64,000 bases of DNA from a virus. Its lineage: Duplodnaviria; Heunggongvirae; Uroviricota; Caudoviricetes. Position 1 is the first letter of the stretch. The number at the start of each line of letters is the position of its first letter. A program made the translations under genes and the position numbers. The stretch covers positions 195,216 to 259,215 of the IMG/VR virus record IMGVR_UViG_3300049049_000146. One strand, given 5' to 3'. Positions 23,735 through 34,461 of the stretch are shown here, piece by piece. Below the pieces are notes generated by a model that ran no database searches, had not been told where the DNA came from, and worked only from the letters and a program-made list of their open reading frames with translations.

Positions 23735-25002
23735 TCCTTTACACTACCGGGCCAACCTGGCGCACGAAAAACGAACGCCATAGGCTTGTAGCGAAGGATC
23801 GCGTTGAACTTAGCGAAGTTGGCTCCGTACTTCTGCGCGGATGCGGGAGCCGAAGCGTCGATCGTCCACGCAAAGTAAGCGTACGCCTGCTTGATTGCTT
23901 GGGCTTCAGGATCGTTCTTGATGTACTTCGACACAGCCACGACGTCTTCCTTCGAAGCACCGTCATCCACGGCGCGCTTCTTCGCAGAAGAGAATTCGCT
24001 GGCGTCGACAAGTCCGCACAAGAACGAACACGCAACACGACTGAAGTCGAAGCTCTTGGTCGCATCATCAATGCGACGAAGACTGGCAACGATATCAAAT
24101 CCGGTGGATGGGGACATTTGGGCCATCTCCTCGTGGAGGCGATCGTCATCAATCGGTGATACAGACATCGAGGGGCTCTCGACCTGGGGAAGCTTCTTCG
24201 GCTTCTTGCTGCGCTTCTTCTTGAAGATTAGAGGCGTCTCATGGGGGTTACGATAGTATCTCTGGCCCTTCTCGGCCCCGAGCACGCTGACCAGGAACTC
24301 CACGTCCTTCTCGTCCGCCTCAAATTGGTCGCAAGCGCTTTTAACAGGAACTCCGGCCTCTGCGTGTTCATAGTACGCGCGCCAGAGCATCTCAGCGGGA
24401 GGAGATGTTTCGATGAACTTCTCCAGTTCAGCCATCTTCTCAACCGCTACGCCTGCGGTCAGACCCACCTTCTGGACACGAGCGACCCATGACTTCTTCT
24501 GGAGAAGGCCGACGAGGTACATGCAGACGTGTTTCGTAAAGTCCGCGGTCAATGACCTCCCGGCGACTACAGACTGAAGAAGTTCCCTGAAGCTGATGTC
24601 TTTCGAGAGCGAGCGCACCGACTCAAGGACATCCTCAGGGATTTTGAACTCTCCGCCCATCAAAAGCGCAGCGTTCAAACGCTCTGGCGTAATCTTGACC
24701 TTCTTGAAGGAGCCGAAAGCTTCGTCAGGCTCGGCGTCCAACAGACGAATTCCCTGGACCCTGTTCAAGACATCCGGGTCTTCGAAAAGAACGAAGGAGT
24801 GAACGTCGTCGAGATCCTTGATGCGGCTCAGGTCCTGCACGGACGTCACAAGGACAATCGGAAGCCGGGAATCAGCCTCCTGAAGGAATGCATGAAGCTC
24901 ACCTGGCTTTCGCTGGTACAGATGAACGCGGAACCTGGAACGGTCCATCACGACCAACGCAATACCAGGCGAACAGAAAGCCAATCCAACAAGACCTGAC
25001 AT
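23731..25002 (-). CDS. hypothetical protein with internal duplication
   Basis: 423-aa ORF; two similar C.YL.GL / CSFLCGL helical units. Confidence 0.7.
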   Translation of the reverse strand: MSGLVGLAFCSPGIALVVMDRSRFRVHLYQRKPGELHAFLQEADSRLPIVLVTSVQDLSRIKDLDDVHSFVLFEDPDVLNRVQGIRLLDAEPDEAFGSFKKVKITPERLNAALLMGGEFKIPEDVLESVRSLSKDISFRELLQSVVAGRSLTADFTKHVCMYLVGLLQKKSWVARVQKVGLTAGVAVEKMAELEKFIETSPPAEMLWRAYYEHAEAGVPVKSACDQFEADEKDVEFLVSVLGAEKGQRYYRNPHETPLIFKKKRSKKPKKLPQVESPSMSVSPIDDDRLHEEMAQMSPSTGFDIVASLRRIDDATKSFDFSRVACSFLCGLVDASEFSSAKKRAVDDGASKEDVVAVSKYIKNDPEAQAIKQAYAYFAWTIDASAPASAQKYGANFAKFNAILRYKPMAFVFRAPGWPGSVKE

Positions 25003-25005
25003 AGA

Positions 25006-27300
25006 TCACCCGTTCAAGTAAAGACGACTCTTGTGGTTCTGCATGCGAATCGTCCAGATCTGGTCGTACATCTTCCGACTCGACGTGAGATCTTGATCGT
25101 GCGCAGTCACGAGAATAGTACCAATGTCCAAGTCACGCAAAAGGTCGTAGCACGCCTGACGGCCCTTCTTGTCCAGGTGCGTGAACGGCTCATCGGCAAT
25201 GAGAAGATTCGTAGTGCGCTGCCCCATCTTCGCGAAGGCGAAGATGATAGCGAGACCTACACGCTTCGCCTGCCCGCCGCTAATGGACTTTAGGCCAATC
25301 GACTGACCACCCTTCTGGAAGACGAGGTTGATTCCGTCACCAGAATCACTGACGCCAAGCGTAATACCACCCGAAGGGTACAGTTGCTTCAGATAGACCG
25401 GCAACACCTGCGTAAGCAGTTCCGTCGACTCGCGAAGCCCGATCTTCTTCAATTCCTTCAGAGTGATCGTAACGTAGTGAAGGGCACGGTGACGGGTCTT
25501 CTCCCGGGAAGACTTGTTCAGAATTGACTCGTAGTCGGACTTCTGACGATTGAGAAGCTCATGGCGCGAGACAACATCCTGCAAACGGAGAATTTCGTTG
25601 TTCGTGGCCTGCAGCCGCTGCTCAAGCGAAATCAGAAGCTCCTTCGAGCGCTGATATTCGTAAGGATCGTACTCAATCTCGCCATTTCGGAGTACCCAGT
25701 CATAGCATTCCTCGATGTCTTCGACCGCGGCAGCATACTGCTCCTTGAGCGGGCTCAACTCTTCTGCTGTTTCAGCAACGACAGGCAGTTCTCGAAGGCG
25801 GTCCTGAAGAGCCGTGAGCTTGACCAGATTTGACGCAAGCTCAGCCAAATCGCGTCGCTTGACTTTGAGCGACGCGATCCGTTCACGAACTTCATCCGCG
25901 TCGCCTTCAGGGAGGTCCTCAAGCTCTGAAATTAGAGCAAGCCTCTTCGTTTCGGTCTCGACCTGAGTAGCGAGGTATTCAACAAGCTCCTGGAGCTTGG
26001 AGACCTTCCCGGAAAGCTTGGCATGCCGATCCTTCCGCTCCGCAATCAGTTCTTCTTTTTCATGTGACGAAATGGGGCGCATGCACGTAGGGCACGTGTC
26101 ATCGAGCTTACTGAGCTTGGAGATTTCGCTCTGGAGTAGACGCACAGAGCCGTCAAGCTCCGCAAGCTTCTCCTTTCGAGCGAGAAGCTCCGCCTTGACG
26201 TCATCAATTGACGAATCAATCGGCTCAAGACCCTTTAACTGCTTCTCGTACTTGGCTCGCTGCTCCAGCCGCGGCAGCTGCGATTGGAACTTGTCCAACA
26301 ATCGCTCCGCCTTCTCGACTTCCGCCGAGATCTCCTCGTAAGAAGAGGTCGCGGAGTCAGCGCCCGCAGCCGCCAGCTTTGCTTCAAGCTTTGCTCGCTC
26401 TTGAAGAGTAGCAAGCTTCCTCTCGACTGCAGAAAGCTCACGCCGAACGTGCACCACCTTTGCCTTGAGAGCTTCTGCCTCAAGCGCGGCACCGTGGCGC
26501 TTGCAGCGCTTCTCGATTGCGGAGCGTTCCTCAGCAATACGCGCAGCCTCTGCCTGCTCCTGGAGCTTCAGCTTCACAGACAGGATGCGCTTCTGCGTCT
26601 TATTCGAGGATTCGCGTTCCTGCTCAAGTGCTGCTTGAACTGATGGTACGTCACCGAGCGCCTTCAATTCGTTCTCGACGTGGTCGAGAAGACCTCGAAT
26701 GTGGCTCTCGTCTGGTAAGGGAATCGCATTCAGGCGCTTCGTCGTCTCCGCAATGAGAGCGTCGAGAGTGTGAAGCCCGAAATGCCTAGAAAGGTAATCC
26801 TTCTTCTCCGAAGGAGTGCCTTCGAGCATCGTATGCGTGTACTTCTGGCTGAGGTACACCTTTCCCTGAAACTCGTTCCAGGTGAAGCCGGTAAGCTCAG
26901 CCAACTGCTTCTGCGCAGCTGAGATGCCCTTCTTCGAGATCTTATGCTCTTCGGAGAGGTGTTCTCCCTCGAAGATCTCGACGCCAGTTCCCCGCTTCGC
27001 GACCTTGCGGTAAACGTCACTGAAGTACGTCTTGCCGTCGCGAGAATGCTGGAGATGCGTCAGGAAGTTCTTCGGCTCCAACAGGTTCAACAATTCGTTG
27101 TCTGTTGGTCCCTTTGTCGTCTTTCCGTAGACGTGATTCGCCAGTAGTTCGAACAGGGTGGATTTACCCGCGCCGTTACTGCCACCCTCGTCTTCGTTCT
27201 CACCCCTAATCAGAACGAGACCCTGGTCCACGAGGGGCATGTCCGCCTCCTCGATGCATCCTCCGTTCTCGATACGGAAGCGCTCAAATTCCGTCTTCAT
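25006..27300 (-). CDS. SbcC/Rad50-like recombination ATPase
   Basis: Walker A NGAGKST, CPTC hook, ISGGQ signature, DEPF, coiled coils. Confidence 0.93.
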   Translation of the reverse strand: MKTEFERFRIENGGCIEEADMPLVDQGLVLIRGENEDEGGSNGAGKSTLFELLANHVYGKTTKGPTDNELLNLLEPKNFLTHLQHSRDGKTYFSDVYRKVAKRGTGVEIFEGEHLSEEHKISKKGISAAQKQLAELTGFTWNEFQGKVYLSQKYTHTMLEGTPSEKKDYLSRHFGLHTLDALIAETTKRLNAIPLPDESHIRGLLDHVENELKALGDVPSVQAALEQERESSNKTQKRILSVKLKLQEQAEAARIAEERSAIEKRCKRHGAALEAEALKAKVVHVRRELSAVERKLATLQERAKLEAKLAAAGADSATSSYEEISAEVEKAERLLDKFQSQLPRLEQRAKYEKQLKGLEPIDSSIDDVKAELLARKEKLAELDGSVRLLQSEISKLSKLDDTCPTCMRPISSHEKEELIAERKDRHAKLSGKVSKLQELVEYLATQVETETKRLALISELEDLPEGDADEVRERIASLKVKRRDLAELASNLVKLTALQDRLRELPVVAETAEELSPLKEQYAAAVEDIEECYDWVLRNGEIEYDPYEYQRSKELLISLEQRLQATNNEILRLQDVVSRHELLNRQKSDYESILNKSSREKTRHRALHYVTITLKELKKIGLRESTELLTQVLPVYLKQLYPSGGITLGVSDSGDGINLVFQKGGQSIGLKSISGGQAKRVGLAIIFAFAKMGQRTTNLLIADEPFTHLDKKGRQACYDLLRDLDIGTILVTAHDQDLTSSRKMYDQIWTIRMQNHKSRLYLNG

Positions 27301-27649
27301 TTTTCTTGTTCTTGCCGTACTTCAAGTGAGGCGTGATGCGAACATCGTTCCTACACGAGTAGTGGTCACACACCCACGGCTTGTCTTCGTAGGTCGAGCA
27401 GCCTTTGCCGGGTACGTAGTAGACGCAGTACCCGTCTTCGCGACGCTTCAAGACATGGCGCTTCTTGCCGTCGTATTCAAGAACCTCGTTCTCAAAGCGA
27501 GAAATCTCGTTAGGCCGAAGCTCAACGATAAACTGACAACACGGCGCACGGCAGTAACTGCAATCCGTCTTAGCACCGTCTTTTGTGCGGGCCATCGCCG
27601 CCTTGTTACCAAGGACGCGAAGGACCGGGAGTTCGATCTTACGACGCAT
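27284..27649 (-). CDS. YkgJ-family Cys-cluster protein
   Basis: C..C...CC...C.Y.....C..YE.KP..C..Y.C. Confidence 0.85.
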   Translation of the reverse strand: MRRKIELPVLRVLGNKAAMARTKDGAKTDCSYCRAPCCQFIVELRPNEISRFENEVLEYDGKKRHVLKRREDGYCVYYVPGKGCSTYEDKPWVCDHYSCRNDVRITPHLKYGKNKKNEDGI

Positions 27650-28742
27650 TGCCCATCAACTCCGCACACTTCATGACCGCCAGATCCAGGCATTCCAGCG
27701 GGTCAGAAGTATGACGCCGAACGCGTTCCAGCGCATCAAGGTGAAGTTCGTACACCTTGATGAGATTCTCGGGCGTAATCTTCTTCGGATTGGCAAACTT
27801 CGTCGTGTTCACGAAATTCACCATCGACTTGTCATCGATAAGCCGGTCATCCTTCTTCAGGATGATCATGTCTCGAAGGAACTTCAAGACGAGGGTCACG
27901 AAGAATTCCTGATTGTCGACCTTCCGCAGGTGGACAATCGGAACCATGCTGCCGTCGAGAATCCTGTGAACGTACTTCGGCACGAGGGCTTCGGGATTGG
28001 TCCCGAGAATCTCTTCGGCCATCGCAGGAAGCTTCTCCTTCGCTTCCTCGACCGTCATGTCAGCTGCGTTAGCCGCGAGAGACTCAAGGAGCATCACCGC
28101 GTCACGAACGTGACCAGAAGAAAGCTCCGCAGCGTAGTCGAGGATCTCCTTCGGGAATTCGATCTCTTCCTTCTGGCAGATCTTCTGAAGGAAGGTAGAA
28201 ATCGTCGAAGCCTTGACTTCTGCGAGCTTGACGTGCTTGGACCGGCTGCGGATAGGTCCGAGCAGCTTCCAAGGGTCCGTGGTCGCAAGAATGAACGCGA
28301 CGTGGGCGGGCGGCTCCTCCAGGTCCTTGAGCAGAGCGTTCGACGCCTGCTGCGTAAGCTGGTGAAGCTCGTCGAGGATGAAAATACGACCCTTGTAACG
28401 GGGCGCCATCTTCGACATGCTGATGACGTTTCGGATATCGTCGATTCCGCGCGCCTCAGCTGCGTTCATTTCGAAGATGTCCGGGTGCTTACCCTCAGGA
28501 GACTTGCACGAAAGGCACTTTCCGCATGCCTCCGCAGGTCCAGAGGTGAGGCAGTTCACCGACTTCGCAATGATGCGAGCGAGCGTGGTTTTTCCCGTCC
28601 CATAAGGACCCGAAAGAAGAATCGTACTACCGAGAACCTGGTCCTTGCGCAGGAAACCTTCGATGGTCGAAATGGCGGCGCGCTGACCAATGACGTCCGA
28701 CAACTTACGCGGACGGTACTTCTTCGTGAAAGACTTTCCCAC
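27639..28742 (-). CDS. dnaX: DNA polymerase III gamma/tau-like clamp loader
   Basis: KYRP, GPYGTGKTT, C..C..C, DELH, NALLK.LEEPP, ATT. Confidence 0.93.
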   Translation of the reverse strand: MGKSFTKKYRPRKLSDVIGQRAAISTIEGFLRKDQVLGSTILLSGPYGTGKTTLARIIAKSVNCLTSGPAEACGKCLSCKSPEGKHPDIFEMNAAEARGIDDIRNVISMSKMAPRYKGRIFILDELHQLTQQASNALLKDLEEPPAHVAFILATTDPWKLLGPIRSRSKHVKLAEVKASTISTFLQKICQKEEIEFPKEILDYAAELSSGHVRDAVMLLESLAANAADMTVEEAKEKLPAMAEEILGTNPEALVPKYVHRILDGSMVPIVHLRKVDNQEFFVTLVLKFLRDMIILKKDDRLIDDKSMVNFVNTTKFANPKKITPENLIKVYELHLDALERVRRHTSDPLECLDLAVMKCAELMGNAS

Positions 28743-28752
28743 CTAAGACTCC

Positions 28753-29826
28753 TTAGCCGTGAAGCGACTGGCGGTAGCTCGCGTACCGCTTACGGATCTG
28801 ATCGTTTACATCCTTGTGGTGGAGGTCGAGATACGCGCAGTACAAGCGCATAAGCTTGCGCGGCTGCGACATCAGTGCATCCACCGTCTGCCCGTGCTCC
28901 TCATCGAGCCAGGATTCGAACGCCTCATCAGCAGCGCCATCCACGAGGAGGTTGATGAGCCTGCCCGCTTCGGGTGAGAGGCCCGCCTTGAGGAAGGCGA
29001 CGAAGTTCTGCTCGTTGACCGCCTTCTCCGAGTTCGAATCGATCACGGGAGTGAAGACGGGAAGATCGATATTCACGGTCGTCTGCTGGAATTCAGCCAC
29101 GGCGTGGCAGCACTTCTGCGACTTGTCAGTCAGACAGAAAATGCAGGTGCCACACGCCTTCGTCGAGTTGCGGACCCGTGCGCGAGATTCACTCGTGTGC
29201 AGCTGAATCAGATTGACGGCCTGACGCGAGATCGCCGCCTTCGCGTAGTTCTCCAGCATGAGGAGATCACGCTTGTGCTCGTACAAGCGGATGACCTGGA
29301 TGCCGTGCGACAGAAGCTCGGTCTTGAAATCTTCAAGATCGAAGCTCTTGTCGTTGTCGCTGAGGAATCTCAGCTTCAGGTAGGCCGTCTTACCTGCGTA
29401 CTTGTCGATCTTGTTCACCAGATCAGCGAATTCGTGCGGCTCAAGGAAGCCGTAGTCTTCCTCGGTGAGCGCGAATTCACGAACCTCGGTCTTGTCCTCA
29501 GCGCGGAGGTTGTTCCAGATGAACCGCGCGTCCTCCAGGTCTGCGGAGAACTTCGCTGCGGACTCAGGAAGCTTCTTGCTGTGCCTGATGGAGTAGCAAA
29601 TTGCCCTCCACACCTTGCGGCACTCGAAGCTCGACTTGATGAATTCCCGGACTTCCTTGTAGAAGACCTGATGCAGGTTCTCGTTGATGTCTCTGAGGAA
29701 TTCGATGTTGTTACGGTAAGCCTTGTAGTCGAGACGTAGAGCGAAATGAGACACGGCGCGCAGCACCGCGTTCTTATCGCTCGCAGGAACCTCGGACAGG
29801 AACGAAGAGAGACTCTCGCGAAGCAT
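28753..29826 (-). CDS. hypothetical protein with Cys cluster
   Basis: Long ORF, start trimmed to MLRES. Confidence 0.7.
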   Translation of the reverse strand: MLRESLSSFLSEVPASDKNAVLRAVSHFALRLDYKAYRNNIEFLRDINENLHQVFYKEVREFIKSSFECRKVWRAICYSIRHSKKLPESAAKFSADLEDARFIWNNLRAEDKTEVREFALTEEDYGFLEPHEFADLVNKIDKYAGKTAYLKLRFLSDNDKSFDLEDFKTELLSHGIQVIRLYEHKRDLLMLENYAKAAISRQAVNLIQLHTSESRARVRNSTKACGTCIFCLTDKSQKCCHAVAEFQQTTVNIDLPVFTPVIDSNSEKAVNEQNFVAFLKAGLSPEAGRLINLLVDGAADEAFESWLDEEHGQTVDALMSQPRKLMRLYCAYLDLHHKDVNDQIRKRYASYRQSLHG

Positions 29827-29886
29827 TCGACAGACCCCCGGGGCAGAGCCCCTTCCTTTACAGTACGCCACACATGAGCGCAATAC

Positions 29887-30387
29887 TTACGCTCCGGGAC
29901 TACCATCGTGGGGGTTTGAAAGGTAGTCCTCGAAGAGGTCCTTCACGCCCACGATTCGCAAAAGTCCGTCAGGACTTTGGGGATTGGGAATCATCCATCT
30001 GTCGTCGATCTCGAAAATTTCGCCCGTCTCCAGACGGTACGCTTTCCTGGCACGAAAACCTGCGCTCTGGTATTCCAAAATCAGCAGAGGATTCGTGAAA
30101 TCCGCGCCCAGGCCACCGATCTCCGCGGCAACGATTACGGCTGTAGCCTTCGCTGCCAACCGCTTCGCATCCTTTACAAACTCACGGATCGACGGATACT
30201 TGAAACCATTGACGAACAGACCGTCACCGTTACGCAGGATGAATACGCTCGGCGGGATGGGCTGAGAGTTCGCAGAGTGGCTCTGCGAGACATACTCACG
30301 CATCGCACGAAACAACGCAGGCATAAGCTGGTCGTTCGGAAGTTGGGGCAGGGAACGGAAGGGTGAGTTCTTGAGCTTGAACTGCAT
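29887..30387 (-). CDS. hypothetical protein
   Basis: 166-aa ORF. Confidence 0.6.
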   Translation of the reverse strand: MQFKLKNSPFRSLPQLPNDQLMPALFRAMREYVSQSHSANSQPIPPSVFILRNGDGLFVNGFKYPSIREFVKDAKRLAAKATAVIVAAEIGGLGADFTNPLLILEYQSAGFRARKAYRLETGEIFEIDDRWMIPNPQSPDGLLRIVGVKDLFEDYLSNPHDGSPGA

Positions 30388-30396
30388 GTGCGCTCT

Positions 30397-30708
30397 CTAG
30401 CGCACCTTTACCATCCGGTAAATGCCCCCGCCCTTCAACTTGCGGGTGAGCTTCTTCTGTAGCTCATTCGGAAAGACGTAACCCCGGTCGTAGTTCATGT
30501 TCCGGGAGTGAAGGGTCCACTGCAGGCGCTCGAAGCGCTCACCCTTCTTATTCCACACAATCGACGACACTGCCTTACCATTCAGGTAAATGCGGAAATG
30601 GCAGTTCCCGTACTGGTCATCGCCCATGTAGAGCGCAGCGTAGTGACGATCGTCGATCGTCGCCTGAGAGGCGACAATTCGCAACGAGAGTTTCTGCGCG
30701 AGCGACAT
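30397..30708 (-). CDS. hypothetical protein
   Basis: 103-aa ORF, AGGAG RBS. Confidence 0.65.
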   Translation of the reverse strand: MSLAQKLSLRIVASQATIDDRHYAALYMGDDQYGNCHFRIYLNGKAVSSIVWNKKGERFERLQWTLHSRNMNYDRGYVFPNELQKKLTRKLKGGGIYRMVKVR

Positions 30709-30723
30709 ACGACTCCTACATAA

Positions 30724-31188
30724 TCAACGAATCGATCGATTCACGTGGGCGAGGACTAGGTTTTTCACGTAGTCAGAGATGCTGATCTTGCGGCCTTTTA
30801 CTGATTTCTCCGCAACCAACAGCTTCAGTTTCGCGTACTCTTCGCGAGGTATCGGAACCTCCACGACGATGGACGCGCTACCCGTGTTTGCTTCGGCGGC
30901 GGCCTTCGACTCGGATACCTCAGTCTGCACGACCTCCATGAAACGCTGGCGCTGGGCAGGGCTGGGATACGCAGCCATAGCCAGGTCATTTGCATGCCCC
31001 ACCTTACCGGCTTTTAACATCTGCGCAGCCCTGTGAACCATCTGGTGAGCGTTCGCAGATAGGTACACGAGGTTCTCACGCTGGTCGCCGCCGCCCGCAT
31101 GACGCGGGCGAAGGTGGTGGACGTGGCAGGACGCTTTCGGGTAGCGCTTACCTTCGATGTAGCAGAGGACGAATTCCGTCCCCATCAC
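30724..31188 (-). CDS. HNH domain protein with possible ribbon-helix-helix C-terminus
   Basis: HVHHLRPRHAGG....NLVYL...AH...H. Confidence 0.75.
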   Translation of the reverse strand: MMGTEFVLCYIEGKRYPKASCHVHHLRPRHAGGGDQRENLVYLSANAHQMVHRAAQMLKAGKVGHANDLAMAAYPSPAQRQRFMEVVQTEVSESKAAAEANTGSASIVVEVPIPREEYAKLKLLVAEKSVKGRKISISDYVKNLVLAHVNRSIR

Positions 31189-31415
31189 TCATCGATCTTC
31201 AAGAAGCCCTTGTTGAAAAGCTCCTTGAGATTTGGTGACTTACGCAATTGGGCGATAGTTGCAAACTGCAACATATCGACGACCTGTCCCGGTCGAATTA
31301 CGTACGTCTGGAACTTGTTGCGGTCGCCTACCCAGCAGATGCTTACTTCAGAACTAATCGAGTTCCGAATCGTGCACTTGCCACTCGCCAATGACTTCAG
31401 AAGTTTAGCCGACAT
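31185..31415 (-). CDS. hypothetical protein
   Basis: 76-aa ORF. Confidence 0.55.
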   Translation of the reverse strand: MSAKLLKSLASGKCTIRNSISSEVSICWVGDRNKFQTYVIRPGQVVDMLQFATIAQLRKSPNLKELFNKGFLKIDE

Positions 31416-31418
31416 GTT

Positions 31419-33911
31419 TCACCCAATACCGAAAGCGTTCAACAGACGCTGTTGTCCGTTAGAATACGCAATTACCTCGTCCATGTTATTGATCTGCATG
31501 CGCACGGTCATGATAGCACGGCCATCAGTTCCGACGCGCACTTCACCTGACCCGGCAGCATCCATTGCGCCCGGGGGCACAGGTGCTCCACCCGTCTGAG
31601 CCTGCGCGAAAGCCTGCTCCGCCGTCCTGCCAGTCTGAGGGCGGGCCTGCGTGCTGAAGAGGTCCTGCGCCTGTGCGGTAGGTGCAGTACCTGGAGCACG
31701 CATTTGATCAAGCCCTGCGAGGGCTGCAACCGACTGGTCTGTGAATCTAGAAACCGGAGAAGGCTGCGGCCCCATCCCAAGAAGGCCAAGAATACCCGCA
31801 CCAGCGCCTTGGGCCTGCTCGCGTAGCATTGCGGCGAGGTCTGCCTGGGGGCGAATAGGCTGCGCGGCCTCCGGTGTTTCTTTCTCCTGCCCGTCCCCGA
31901 TAAGAGCGATGGCGTCACGGAGGCCGCTGGCCTGCTCACGTGCTTCCTGCATTTGACGTAAGAGATCTGCTCGCTCGGATTCAAGGTCTTCCCGCTCGCT
32001 CTCAGACGTAGTTGACTGAAGCTGCGTGGTGATCTTGTTGTAATCATCACGCATCGCGAGGTAGTTCTTCTCCTGAACCTCCAGCGCCTTCCGTGAGTCG
32101 GCTACATCTTTTCCGAGGAGGCTCTGAACGTATTCGTGAGCCGCACTGGTCCCGCTACGGCCGAACATGCTTTCGAACATCGTAAGGAACGTGTCGAAGC
32201 TGAAGACCATTGCCTTCAAGTAGTCCTTGATGTTGAACAGCTGCTGAATCGGGTCCTTCAAGCTCAATACCGTAGTCAACGCCTCGCGCTGTACTTCTTC
32301 GGAGGACTTCATCTCACGGTCGGTATCCTCACGAAGCGCCGCAATCTCTTCAGCAACCGCGTCCGCTCGACCTTCTTTGATCATTCGAGCAAAGCGACGG
32401 GACTCGAATGTGCTCAATTGAACGCCAAGCGAATCCTGTAGAATTCGACGGTAGTCTGACGTTCGAGAAACACCACCCAATGTGTCCTGGATGCTGTCCA
32501 GCTTAGCTCTGATTCCAGACTTCGTGAACGCCGCCATGTTGCCCACGTCGACGTTACCCAAACCACCTTCGCGAGCAGCCGAGATCAATTCCTCGATCTG
32601 CGCCCTCTGTTCATCGCCAAGGTCGCCGGGGTTGAATCCGAAAATCTCACTACCAACACGACGCGTAATCTCTTCCTGGATTGTCTGCTCGCTTTGGCCC
32701 CTTAGTTCCTCGCGGACAGCCGCAATCTGTTCCTGAACCTGCGCAGATACGCGCTGGCCTGCCATGAAGGTAAATGCGTCCTCCCGCTCAGTGAAAAGAG
32801 CCTGGGTGAATGCCTGCGCAACCTTCTCCTGGCCCTTAGCAGCAAGACCATACTTCATCGCTTCCTTAGCTGCGTAACCATAAGCAGCAGCGACGTTGTT
32901 GATATCAGTGATCTGGCTCTGGAACTGACGCGACGCTTCCATCATCGCACGCACGAAATCTTCACGGATGGTGAAGCCAGACAACCGCACATCGCGGTTC
33001 ATCTTCTTGACGGCGTCTTTCAAGACGTCGGCCTGCTGTGCGAAATACTGAAGGTCGTCAGCGGACTCTTCGAACGACTGACCGGTCAGCTTCGAACGCT
33101 CCATCACGAACTGAAGACCCTGGCCTGTCTCGACGCCACGGTACTTCAGGAACATGAGGCGATCAGCTAGTTCCGTGACCTGCTCAACAGCACGTGGAGC
33201 CGTGATATCGACACGCGCCTGCTCAACGATCGCCTGAGTGAGCTTATCGACCTCACCCTCAGCGTCGTTATAGGCGATGCCCAGCTTTTTGACCTCAAGA
33301 TTTAGCTTCGAAAGCTGACGGCTGTACGTCATGAACGTACGCACGCCCTGTACTGCTAGCTCGCGAGTCCAGTCAGCGGTTGCCCCTGCGGTGCGCTCAA
33401 CCGTGCCGCCAATATCTCTAAACGATCCGTCAATCTCACGAATCGGAGCCGAAAGCTTCGGAAGATCTCCGAAGCGGAGCATGTTATCGACGCCAGTACG
33501 AATCGGCTTCCAGATCGTACCAACGATCGTCGAGGTATCTCGCATGTCCGTCTGAATTTCACGGAGCGTTTGCTTTACCTCTTCGTAGCGAGAGACGAGC
33601 GTCTTGATACGCTTGACCTCGCTCCGATAGTTCTTCTCACGCTGCGCGTCCAAGCCGCGCAACGTACGCATCTGAACCTGAAGCTCCTTGTCAAGCTTCG
33701 ACAGGCTCTTGCGTTCATCGTCAGCATCGCGAGCACCCCTACGGGCGTCTCCGCGGGCCTCACGAACAGCGTCTTCAGCAGATGCTACTCGGTCCAGTGT
33801 ACCGAGAAGTCCTTTTAGCTCACGTGAGTAAGCTCGAACGGCACGAGCCCGCGCATTGAGGGATGCTTCCTCTTTGCGCGAGCCCATACCTTCGAATGGA
33901 TTACGAGGCAT
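31419..33911 (-). CDS. probable tape measure protein
   Basis: 830-aa helical Ala/Gln-rich ORF directly after the frameshifted chaperone pair. Confidence 0.65.
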   Translation of the reverse strand: MPRNPFEGMGSRKEEASLNARARAVRAYSRELKGLLGTLDRVASAEDAVREARGDARRGARDADDERKSLSKLDKELQVQMRTLRGLDAQREKNYRSEVKRIKTLVSRYEEVKQTLREIQTDMRDTSTIVGTIWKPIRTGVDNMLRFGDLPKLSAPIREIDGSFRDIGGTVERTAGATADWTRELAVQGVRTFMTYSRQLSKLNLEVKKLGIAYNDAEGEVDKLTQAIVEQARVDITAPRAVEQVTELADRLMFLKYRGVETGQGLQFVMERSKLTGQSFEESADDLQYFAQQADVLKDAVKKMNRDVRLSGFTIREDFVRAMMEASRQFQSQITDINNVAAAYGYAAKEAMKYGLAAKGQEKVAQAFTQALFTEREDAFTFMAGQRVSAQVQEQIAAVREELRGQSEQTIQEEITRRVGSEIFGFNPGDLGDEQRAQIEELISAAREGGLGNVDVGNMAAFTKSGIRAKLDSIQDTLGGVSRTSDYRRILQDSLGVQLSTFESRRFARMIKEGRADAVAEEIAALREDTDREMKSSEEVQREALTTVLSLKDPIQQLFNIKDYLKAMVFSFDTFLTMFESMFGRSGTSAAHEYVQSLLGKDVADSRKALEVQEKNYLAMRDDYNKITTQLQSTTSESEREDLESERADLLRQMQEAREQASGLRDAIALIGDGQEKETPEAAQPIRPQADLAAMLREQAQGAGAGILGLLGMGPQPSPVSRFTDQSVAALAGLDQMRAPGTAPTAQAQDLFSTQARPQTGRTAEQAFAQAQTGGAPVPPGAMDAAGSGEVRVGTDGRAIMTVRMQINNMDEVIAYSNGQQRLLNAFGIG

Positions 33912-34411
33912 TACTTACCACCAATTCGTCGTGGAGCACCTTGCGCGAAACCAGACTGAGGCCGCTGGCTAGCGTTAAGTGGATCGACAGACGAAAGTGA
34001 GCGGTCTTGAACTGGGGTGGCTCCCATCTTACGAAGGAAGTCATCCTTAGATACCTGAGAAAGCGAAAGAGCATCGACCGGAACGTGGCCCATTCCGAAC
34101 AGACCTCCCTTAGACGGGAGAGCACGGTCGCGCAGTTGCTGCAGAAGCTCGGGCCGAATCAAGAGCGACATCGGGAAGCGAAGAGGCGCGTTAGGGTCGT
34201 GAACGACTGTCTCGTGTTCAAGATCCTTCAGTGTCTTATCTCCCTGATTTGCTTTCTCGTCCCTAGCAATCTTTTCGAGGTCCTCCGGAGTCCACACGAG
34301 ACCCAGCATCGATTCCCATCGACCGAACCAATCGTCCTCTTCCCACTGAAGGAACAAAAGGCTCGTCTCAAGATCAGCGACGCTAGCTTCGCGAATGCGA
34401 GGATCGTTCAC
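33911..34411 (-). CDS. tail assembly chaperone, frameshift extension (T-like)
   Basis: Frame stays open upstream to the slippery site at 34486-34492. Confidence 0.7.
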   Translation of the reverse strand: MNDPRIREASVADLETSLLFLQWEEDDWFGRWESMLGLVWTPEDLEKIARDEKANQGDKTLKDLEHETVVHDPNAPLRFPMSLLIRPELLQQLRDRALPSKGGLFGMGHVPVDALSLSQVSKDDFLRKMGATPVQDRSLSSVDPLNASQRPQSGFAQGAPRRIGGK

Positions 34412-34461
34412 TGTGGTCCTGAGTTTCCCTGCGATGGTTCCTCGAAGCCAGATTTCCCAAT

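Noticed and set aside
28753-29826. Possible phage sigma factor for the 20-bp motif
   Set aside because: Only a vague helical resemblance; no recognisable region 2 or 4 motif by eye, so it needs an HMM or structure search.
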